Shown here: positions 52,533 to 63,600 of the stretch, piece after piece
Position numbering within the stretch: position 1 is the stretch's first letter
Layout: every line of letters begins with the position of its first letter
Origin: Tubulanus polymorphus
Taxonomy: Eukaryota > Animalia > Nemertea
Direction: 5' to 3'
NCBI RefSeq assembly: GCF_964204645.1
Contig: NC_134035.1
Coordinates: 3,038,001 to 3,102,000 of the forward strand
DNA length: 64,000 nucleotides
Made by a program: the position numbers and the translations under genes
The notes under the pieces: generated by a model
What the model saw: the letters and a program-made list of their open reading frames with translations, nothing else
Database searches by the model: none
Told to the model about the DNA's origin: nothing

Positions 52533-53982
52533 CTACAGCCCGACGGAATAACCGTCGCAGTCTCCACCGCCTTGAAGACAGGAGCGGATACCCTTATCGG
52601 GCAATCTACAGAATACGGAATTCGGGTCTTGGCAGTGTGTAAGGTATCCGCGACAAGTCCACGCGCCGCGATACACGCATTTACACGCCATCTTCGGAGG
52701 AGCCTGGCGACTGATCGCGCAGCCACCCCAGCGATAGTCGCAGTCGCAGGTATGTCGATTAAACGGCCGTGGAACCACAGACGAAGGTATGCTATCGCTT
52801 TGGTTCGCCAATTTCAGTCCGGCATCAGCGATGACGCGCGCGGCCACTGCCGGTCGATTCGTCATGATTCCGCCAAACGATTGAACGTATTTCTGCATCG
52901 TTTTCATGGAGTCAATTGTCCAGATGTAAGCCATACCTATCTCTTTACTAGCCGTCTTAGAAACGACCGCGTTGACTGTCGACGTCCACAGATTATCGAC
53001 GGCGCAAGCAGATATACCGGTTCCGTAGACGATGTTCATGGTATTCAGTTGTTGTAATCTTTCTACCGCGCCCCCGATATTATTCATCTCGCCGTCAATT
53101 GTGAAATAATACTTCGACATCCACCGCGATTCGGTCCCGTTTTTCAGCTCGTCGATCGCCGCTTCCAAGTAGTTCGCCGCGCGTATCGACGGAACTCCGA
53201 TAATCACCTGACCTCCGTAACCTTGACCGAATAGGTGTTTTTCGATCAACCTGACGATGTTGTAGCCGGCGTCGCGTCTCGCGCCGTAGTCCATGGACAA
53301 CGGGTTTATCTTGCTGTCGATGACGACCAATGCTAAATCTGTTTTGGCGACGTACTGTAGCAACTCCGCGGCGTCCTGTCCTGAACCGCACGGCGCGTGC
53401 TGACAAACAGTACCTTTAGCCGAACAGATACAGTCGCACGGAAACGGATGCGTGAAACGAACGGGCGTCGAATCTCTAAAATTGATATCGACTTCGATGG
53501 CGTTGGCGCCCTGACTGATCGCCCATTTTACGGCCGGGACCGTGTTCGTCATGTGCGCGATATTGTAGTAAACGCGTTCTGAAAAACGAAATAAGGCATA
53601 AGAAAAACAGGATATCGTAAATGACGGGAAAATCATTCAAAATTCTCGCTGAAATCAGTTTCGTTATCTGATGTCGATAATGAATAATTTTCTTTGCATA
53701 ATATCAGTAATAAACGTATTGATCTACGTAAAATAAGAGATGAATTTAAGTGGATGGAAAGACCACAAAATACTATTTCAATTTCTAAAATAAAAGATTT
53801 GATATCCGCATATTTTTCAAACGTAACGCCGAATGTTTTGGTTCCAATTCACAGCGCGAATATGAATGAACTGTGAGAAGAAAGTTCGATGATAACTTTA
53901 CCAAGAATACTCGAAACTTACCATTCTGGGCATCGGCGAATTGGGAAAGAGCGGCTACGACTATAAGTATTGCAGCAATCAT
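52533..53982 (-). CDS. Secreted sphingomyelinase D / PLD with one C-terminal 10-Cys repeat, copy C, ~368 aa
   Basis: Exon 1 is 53922-53982 (MIAAILIVVAALSQFADAQN; an alternative in-frame ATG lies at 54009) and exon 2 is 52533-53578. Catalytic motifs are intact; the protein ends GGGDCDGYSVGL*. Confidence 0.92.
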
Positions 53983-54675
53983 CGCGTCCTCTTGACAACA
54001 AGTCGTCATCTGACAAATAGGAGTCGATGATCTTATTTACTCGTACATTCTTTATAATACTGATCATCAGCAACTTGATTAGCGAACCTAATCGCGTGAA
54101 CGCGAACGCAGATGACTCGAAATCCTCGATAACGTATCTGTTTGTTTGTGCGGAGCGTCCTTCAGGATGCAGTCCCTATAATCCGGTTATCAAATTCTCA
54201 CTATCCCGGTGGGAATTTATTAGTTCATAATATACATATTTACGTTTATATACATTAGGATAGGTTGATCTAATTCGAATCGATCGAAATCGAGTTATGA
54301 GTACATTTTGATGAGCATTTCGTAATTTTGTAAATTTGAATGCGTAAATGCATGCCTGTTCAGTATATTCTGAATGCGTGTGTGGGATAGGCGTCCCATA
54401 CCCGATAAGCAACCTTGCTTTAAATGAGCACCTATACCACTGACATTGAATCATCCTTTATAAATATATAAAATTTGTCACAAGTTCTTGTGGAAATAAA
54501 CTATATATCTATATATAAAAGGTCAGTCAAAATACATCAGACTCCAATCGAAGGTTATACTTTGATGAAACACTATGGCGCCCGTGTAAGGAAAAGATTA
54601 AATCCCGCACGTAGAAAAAGATAGTCCGACATTCTCACTCAGTGGTTTATAGTCAGCGCATGTTTCAGTCATTAC

Positions 54676-57600
54676 TTAACCTATGCAACCGACCGGCCGG
54701 ACGGCGGGCGACGTCTCCGTTGCGCCCGTGTATCGTTTGTCCAGTCCGCAACGTTTGTAATGAAACAGTTTAACGCCTATGAATATCATGGATAACGGTA
54801 TCGACGCCGCGATCATGACCAACGGTCCGCTGAAGTGTAGATAGGAGATTTGTTGCGGTTTACCGGAGGAAGGCACCGTCAAGCAGGGGTCCTTAGCCAC
54901 TGTCCAGCTGAAATGATGCAATACAGTTATCATCGTGGTATGATGATAGATTTATCGGGGGTTGATGGTTACTTTCAGGGTGGCCAATTTCCCCATTTAC
55001 AAATTTTTACATCTACATTTTTTTCTGTTATTTTCTGATTTGCAGACTTTTCCAGGCCACCTTGCAATAGGAAATAATTTCGAACTCTATATTCCATTTT
55101 TTCTGGTTGGATTTCATTTTACAAACTCATCAGGCTCCAGTCACGCGGTCCCCCGAGGAGGAAACTTACTAGTTGAGAATGTCGTTCATTTCACCGGACG
55201 AGATTATCTTATTGAGAACCCGAGTGAACGGCTCGTGCAGAGCGAAACTCTTCCCGTAAGCGATACCGATTTCCTGAACTGAAACCTGCGCTTTCATGAT
55301 ATGTAGATGACACAGCCCCATTTTTGCTGGAAGTACAATAAAAACAACGTCACTTTCCGCCATTTACAAATTCCCTGAGTCCTCATTGTAATAACACAAA
55401 ATTCCCCGAGTAAATCTGCGGCAAGTGAATGAAAAAATTTTAAAAATGTTACAGTTTATATATTCTTTATGAATCACGTATTGATAAAGAAACGTGTGGT
55501 CAAGGGCAAATCATTTTGCCCAATTTTGCCCAAATTTATCAAATTCTCCGATTTTTATCTAGACTTCTCACATCCCTAAGTTGTCCAGATTCCAGTTATC
55601 ACCCGAAAGCCGGGACCAATGATTTCTACGTTCCGGGTGTATTGGATGAAAGATAAATATAGATATCACATATACCTCTGTGGGCTCGGAGAGCTTGTGA
55701 CCGTTCGATCAGCGCAAACGGCTCGTCCTCGGTGGAATTCATTACCAGATTAATTCCTTCGTCGATCGATTTGACGAGGTGTTTTCGTTCGCGCATTCTC
55801 TCGCCCATTTTCGAGTAGACCGGATCGACGCTGTTGACGAAAAAACTCTCGACGCTGCTGCCGGCGACCACTCCGTACGAGTACTCCTCCTGGTCGGCGA
55901 AATCGGTCAGCTTTTCGACGGGCTCTTCGAACGCTACCTCGGTGAGGAAGCGGGCCATGTTGCCCGTGTAACAGCCGATCACTACCGAAGCGAAGAACAT
56001 CAACGTGACGGCGTAGATGCGCATCGGCGTCGAGATCGGTTCGTACGGCGCTCCGCTCTGAAACGTCGTTCCGAACGAATACCACGACACGGCTTTCAAT
56101 CGGAAATTACGCTCGGTGTCGGCCTGGGCGTCTTTCATCGGATCCCAGAAATAAAGAAATCTATATAGGAAATATACAAACGTGCAGTTTACCCGAGATA
56201 GAAACAGCAAGCGTAAGGATAAAAATCAGAAATACTTTGAAGGTTGTAATCAGATTTTTATTTGAATTACGAGCTTAATTCGCTACTATTGCATAAGTGT
56301 AAGAGATAGGGTTTATCATACCGAAGAGTCGAAGAATAGAAAGAAAACGATAAAAGGTGATAAAATGTCATATCCTATTAATTTTCATTTGTTTACAAAA
56401 TATGCCTAAATCGTTGGGATTACCGAAACAATCTGTACTTATCGAAATAAGCTCAATTCGATCTTAAAGAAATGTAAGCAAATGTATTATAAGAATGTAT
56501 TCGCCTCCTGTAAATCAGATCCTAAAGAAACATGGAAACAGGTTAATAACTTACTCAATAAACAGAAACGCGATAAACCCCATTCTCAATTTGTATATAA
56601 AGACAAAGTAATTTCAACAGATTATGATATAGCCAGTGGTTTTAACGACTATTTTGTTAATATTGCCGGCTCCTTAGAATCAAAAATACCGCCTTCCGAT
56701 AAACATTTTAAAGATTTTCTAGAGGAACGAAATCATATAAACTTTTTTCTGTCACCGACGACACCAAATGAAATTGAATTAATTGTGCATGGCTTTAAAA
56801 ATAAACTATCCAGTGGCTGTGATCAAATCAGCACTAAACTATTGAAATCAATAATTCAAGTTATTTCACAACCCCTTTGTCATATTTTTAATAATAGCTT
56901 TCTTACGGGTATTGTTCCTAGCATATTTAAGATCGCTCACGTAACACCTATTTTTAAAAGTGGCGATAAATCGCAGTTCAATAACTATCGACCTATTTCT
57001 GTCCTTCCCGCTATATCTAAGATAATAGAGAAACTCGTTTATAATAGACTCCAGGCATTCCTTGAAAATTTCAATATTCTATCAGATCGTCAATTTGGTT
57101 TCAGGAAAAATAGATCCACTGCCTCAGCCTTAGCATTTATTACGGATAAGATAACTGATTATCTTGAAAATGGCAAAGTCACGATTGGTGTCTTCGTTGA
57201 TTTGTCAAAGGCTTTTGACACAATCAATCATAATATTTTAATTTCAAAATTGGAAAATTATGGAATTCGTGGGCCCCCTCTACAATGGTTTCGAAATTAC
57301 CTAGAAGACCGTAAACAATGTGTTAAATATAATAACTCCTTATCTCCAACTAGAAATATAACTTTCGGAGTTCCTCAAGGCTCAATCCTAGGTCCTTTGC
57401 TTTTTCTTGTATATATCAATGATTGCCCCTCTTCTTGTAAACTCCTAGAGTCAATTTTTTTCGCTGATGATAGTAATTTTTTCATCAGCGATAAGGACCC
57501 CAAGAAACTAGAGCAAGTTTTAAATTCTCAGCTGGAGAAACTTCTTCAGTGGTTTCGAGCAAATAGGCTCTCTGTGAACGCTATTAAAACTCATTTTATT

Positions 57601-60600
57601 GTCTTTGGTTATAAGTGTCTAGGTCAAATTAATCTTTTTTTCGATGGACAAAGAGTTTCGCGTGTAGATACTACTAAATTCTTAGGTGTAATTTTTGACC
57701 AGAGACTGACATGGCGGGACCATATTCAATACATCTCTCGAAAGGTTTCCCGGGGAATTGGAATCATCAATAGGCTTAAACATGTTCTTCCTTTTGGTGT
57801 TCTTAAAAATTTATATTATTGTTTTGTCAATCCACATCTTGCATATGCAACTTTAATCTGGGGTAATTCATGTAATATTTACTTGGAACCCTTATTTCGT
57901 CTCCAAAAGAAAGCAATTCGGATAATAACACATTCTTTTTGGCTAGCACATACATCTCCAATTTTCAAGAAATTAGAAATCTTAAAGCTACACGACATAT
58001 ATCAATTTCAGCTGTGCAATTTTGTCTTTAGTCAAATTAATCAAAACTTACCATCAATTTTCAATGAATTTTACTGTTTTCTAAAATCCATGACAGGGCG
58101 ACCTTCTCGTAGCCCACTAAATTTAAAAGTGGAATATGCGAAATCTAACTTTAGAATGAAATCATTAAAAATCCAAGGTGCAAGATCCTGGAACTCCCTT
58201 CCCAGAAAACTCAAATCTTCGAAATCACGCCCTTTCTTTAAAAAATGCTTAACCAATTATTTGGTCGCAAAATACTAATGCCCGCAACGTGGCCGCCATT
58301 TAATTGTTTATATATGTAAAGGGTGATTCTTGTAACGAATGTGCGTGTATGTGTAAGTGATGAGTGCATGTGAGTGTGATTGTTGACCGAGGGGTAAGGA
58401 CTCGTATAAGTCAAATTTTGACTTCTCCTTACTCCTCGCACTATATATTGTTACTCTGAATATAATGTATATTGTGTCGATATTTTTTGTAACAATTTAT
58501 TTTGCAAATAAATTCAATTCAATTCAATTCAAATTTTATTCTTATTCTATGAGCAATTTTTGAAAATGATTCCCTATTCTCTTACTTTTGAAAATGGCTC
58601 ATAGAATCGAAACGTCGACATATTTTGTTTGGTTAATTTTGGGCAATTTTGCGGTTTTTCTCCAATTGAATTGTAGACATCAGTCACTTCGTCTACACTA
58701 ACAATATTTTGTCACTTACCTGAGGTGTACGAGTGACAGTAATATCGCCGCCAAAACGACAATCCACGCGCCGTAGTCGAACGGTTTCAGGAACGAATAA
58801 AAGGAGTTTTCCTTTCGTACCGGGCGGTATATCACCGTGATACCGTCGAAAATGAATCCCGGCGTAAACTGTACGACTTGCATGCGATCCAACGTTTTAG
58901 TTAGAGCTCCAAGTATCATCTGCGGAAAATAAGAGAATTCGGAAAACGTTTCAAGCCATCGGAATGCAACAAATTTATATTGACTGACCGAACACAGTTT
59001 TACCAGTGTTCTGGGTTAAGATATATATGAAAATGAACTTAGGATAAAAATTGATATCTTGTTACTCTGCTGAGCTTAAAAGTTGACCCGGCCTTGCATA
59101 TCTGCCATGATCATACTTTTTATTAAATCGTGATCAAGCTAACCATAACAGACCCGGCAGTTGTAGAAATGAACTGATTGCACATTTCATTGCAGCTTGA
59201 CCCGGCCGATTAGGGGAAAACATCGTTTTATTTCAGCCTAACTTATTTAACACTATTTACAACTACGATTGGAAAACAGGTAAAAACGACGAATTCGTCG
59301 TCGGGTCGTCTCGACCCGAGAACCAAGTGGGTGATGTCAACTATTAGCAAAAAACGTTCAAGGACATTTTTCTATAAATTTCCATAAAAAAATATTCGTT
59401 AATGAAAATAATTCTGATATCCACGGGCTATCAATTCTATTAGGCATTACGTTCATAATATAAGTTCCATTTCAAAATCTTACCGGTAAGTAGTCGCCGC
59501 TCCTGACCAATCGACCGATTGCGCCTGTCCAACCGGTGCCGTTCGCGACTTTCCCGCCGCCCGTTGTTTCGATCGAAGAGCTGTCAATGTCGACGTTCAG
59601 TCTTATGTCGTAGTCGGACAGTAAATATTCCTCGATCGTTCTCAACAGATCGATCAACAAGCCGTCGAATCTGTCGTTGCCTTGGAGTACCTCTAACGGG
59701 TCTTCGATCACCGTCAGATACGGGGCCTCCTTCAAAGAAAATGATTAGTGATAATTTTGTAATAGAAATAGCCTGAGATATTATAGTCAAGTTCATAGAT
59801 TAGTCGAAGCATCGGGGTGGAGTATGACTGGTATTTTGAAATCAACTCGGGGTAGAATTTTACTAGTTTAAGACAAGAGCCTACTGTATTTCGTAAACTC
59901 TTACTCGGCATTTGGCACAGGACTCCGGGTAGAATTTTACCAGTCTCAACTTAACCGCAGTAAAAGACAGAACCTACATACTGTATTCCTCGAAACTCCT
60001 CTAAATTCATATCAACGAATAGATTTGTGATGTTTTGAATCTTGAGCGAAACCGTTATATATAAACTTATTTTCATAAATTCCTATAAAACTTGATAGTT
60101 TAGATCGGAGGTCAATTGAATTGACGAACGAAGAGAGAAGGCGTGGACGATTGTGAAATGTATATATAACTTTGATTCTGTAATTGAGAGTATACAGTCT
60201 GATTGGTCGACGCAATGGTTGCAATTTCTATCCAGCAGAACAGCACGAATCTCTCCAATACGTACAGAAGCATCGTGCTAGCTGCAACTACGATAAACGG
60301 AACCTATCTGTGGTTTTATCTCGTATTCGCCAGTCTTTGTTTTATTCTAGGATTCATCGGTAATCTCCTGATCGTGATGGTTATGTTGCAACGTAAACTA
60401 GGGCGACGTTCTTACAGTCGTATGTTCGTTCAACTAGCCGTCTGCGACACTCTGGTACTGGTCACGTGTTTGATGAAATACATCAACGTTGTATCTTACA
60501 CATTTTACGGGAGGATATTGCTGATCAAACCGTCAACACGAATTCAATGTATATGTTTCGAGTATCTTTTATCATCGAGCGTTACGATTAGTCCGTGGAC

Positions 60601-63600
60601 GCTGGTCCTTATAGCTACCGAGCGAATGTGCGTCGTTTGTTTTCCGTTTAGAGGTCCTCGTTTCTGGAGCCCGAATACTGCTTCTAAACTCTGTTTCTCC
60701 GTTGTCTGCTCCGTAGTGCTAATTTATAGCTATCTATTTGTAACTATCGATGTCAGTAACGATGGTTGTATCGTCAAAAATATGCCCCAAATTGTCAAGC
60801 CTTTGCTTAAGTCTGTTCTTATCTCAATGGGCCCGTTTGTTTTAATAGCCATCACGTCCGCAATAACTTCGATCGCACTATTCAGAAGAAATGGTAAATC
60901 TGTAACGACCCGAGCATCGAAATACTCAAACCAGGTAACCGTGTTGGTTCTGTTACTGTGCATCTTCTTCATGGCCACGACATTCCCCGCTACTTTATTC
61001 AGCCCATTTGTCCGGACGAATCCAGAATTCGAGAATATCTTCGCCGCCCTCGTCGATATTATAATGATCAATTATTCGTTTAATCTGTACTTGTATCTGA
61101 TGACGGGAAAAGAAATCAGAACCGAACTGCGGAATTTGATCTTCAAAAAGAGAACGTTGTGAACGGCCTCAAGATATTACCATATCTCAACTCTCACATC
61201 TGGTCATCCCTCAGACCATCCGCTAACTTTTGGGCTAACTGTTGAATATGCACTTGCGTTGATAGTGAGATACACCCGGTTCATTTCGGAAATTCAGTTA
61301 CACTAAGAAGTTGATCTATAAAGTCGCCAAAATTAGCATGTCGAACAAGCCAATACCGACAATTTACCATAAAGTTACCGATATTTCTGAACCGACAGCA
61401 AGTATCGCCAAATTCGAAAAATATTTCCCAGAAAATATATTTGGGATGGAGTGAACATATTCGACGGTTCAAATGATTTAATTAATTCCTATTCGCTGTA
61501 TATGTTTGCCTCTGCATGCATGTTCGACAGTTTGCCAGGAAGCCGACCCCAACCGGCGGCAAGACTGTCGTTTAAAAAGATATACTCGATTACCATCGCG
61601 GAAATCAGTTGTACCACGCCCTGTCGTCTTGTCAATTAAGAAATCTTTATTCGCTTAATTAGACTATTAAATCTCCATCTGTATTTCCGTGTTTCTAATC
61701 AATCCAATTAGCAAAAATGAATCAGTTCCAACTTTTTAATTACATATAAAATGCATAGGAATTTTTTCGAGGTCGTCAGCATAACTTCAGACGACTTCGA
61801 CGAAAAAATTCCGCTCGTTCAATCGTCCTTGAACCGCTGAACTACGACGATGGATCGAGAATGATTTCTTTTAAACGGTATATACGTGTATACGATATTC
61901 TGAGACGCATGACGATGATAATGAATCGATTATTCATCTAAGCTGCCGGGAGCAATCACATTTAAACCCACAGAAATGAATCTTGTATCGGTGATATTGG
62001 AATTACCTCTAAAACAACCATAACTCCAGTCACCCCACACACCAGTCTTGGTCACACTACCCATACTATTATTCATTTGGTAATACATTCGAAATCTAAT
62101 GCTAATAGTAATACTATTGAAATTTTAAAAGTTTCCCCGCAGATTCAGTTCTAGCCAGCCAAATAAAAATGAACCCATCCGCATTATTTCTCAAGCTACC
62201 GGCCCTGTCCACGTGGTACAGAATACAACATGGTATTCAATAGTGCGAAGAAAAATGAAATCCATTCGAAAAAAACGAATACTCACTATCAGCGGTACGA
62301 TTTTGAAGTGGAATAATGGACTATACACCGGACATCCAGTATCGACTACAAATCGGTGCTCCCATAGGGTTGTATTTTGCCAATACGTGTTCTGAAAAGA
62401 ATTGTTCAAGTTTTCCAAGTGATCGTTAAATTTTAGTATCATGGTTTACAGAAATGTAATCAAGTGGTCGTGATGGCTTTAACTGCAGCAGGGAATTTGG
62501 GATTTTGGTATAGAGTATTTGAATTTTTCAAGGTCCCTCAAAATGGTGGCATGAAATATAACTGATTGACCTTTTCCAATAAAACGCAATTTTCAATTAA
62601 TATACGCATATATTTTCCACGCATACGCCTGGAGTTAGAATTGTCTTCACTTGAGCATAATTTTCAAAATTATTTTTCGGGAGTTCGCCTAAATAGAACT
62701 GGACCCGGTTCTACGGTTGTTACTCAAGAGTTCCCTAACAACTCACAACTGGAGAACTGAATCTCGTATAGCGCGCCACGAGAACGCCTTCTTTAACTGA
62801 TATCTTTTCCCATGTCGCCCTGACCGAGATCTTTGTTTAAATTATTGTTCAAAAACTAAGGGAAGAATCATTCCTAAGCCTTCGTGAATGAATCATACGA
62901 ATAAGTACTTACAACTTTCGTTTCGGAAGCGAAAACCTTCGCTATGGCGATTTTCGGCTGTTTTCGAATACCACGACTGTCGAATGTCAACCGAATCGGA
63001 TCGAGATAGTGATTGCATGTCGGAAAGAGCAGCCGCGACGCGTTGTATTTGTTCTGTATTTCAAAAAGAAAAGTATAACAATATAATGCGACTTCTATCG
63101 AAATGGGAAAATCTATTTCCTCCGCAAGTCCGGCGGTGGCGCGAGGATCACAATGAAATGACTCGCTGAAAAAAGATTTCCGGGAATTTTCTAATCGCTT
63201 AGAGATAAGTCGTCTCTTTGGTGCTAATTTGTATTTCCAATTCAGTTCGCTGAGTATAAACCGTCGTTTGTTTAAAAGTCGTCATCATTATGATCGCATG
63301 AGTTCAACGTATATGATGGTCGCTGTTGTTAAGAAATATTTCTAAAAGGAGTTCAAGACATCTGTCCACAGAAGACTCTCCTTTGCATTTGAACTGCTGT
63401 AAATAGGTAACCCGCGCTAAATAAGTAACATTTAATAATATCATTTCAAAAGTAAGTTTTCAAAATATTCAACCGAGGCACTTTGATCGGTATGATGGTT
63501 GAAGTATACGATCAACACTGTGTTTTTTTTGTTTTCCTTGGAGAAAGGTTTTACGAAAGCGTTTATTTCATAAATTAGAATGTGAAATCTTGCAACACAC

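Noticed and set aside
46913-53582. Many plus-strand and alternate-frame ORFs over the SMase D copies
   Set aside because: Shadow ORFs of GC-richer coding exons; they recur only because the real genes are duplicated.
46853-53982. Possibility that the SMase D genes are bacterial or fungal contamination, or a haplotype-duplication artefact
   Set aside because: Each has a spliceosomal intron and a poly(A) signal within contiguous host sequence, and the copies differ by many substitutions, indels and domain number.
55626-55675. ORF tail GICDIYIYLSSNTPGT* suggesting a truncated iGluR
   Set aside because: It is intronic: the phase-1 donor at 55675 joins the acceptor at 55327 to give AKMGLCHLHIMK..QEIGIAY and restores the full S2 domain.
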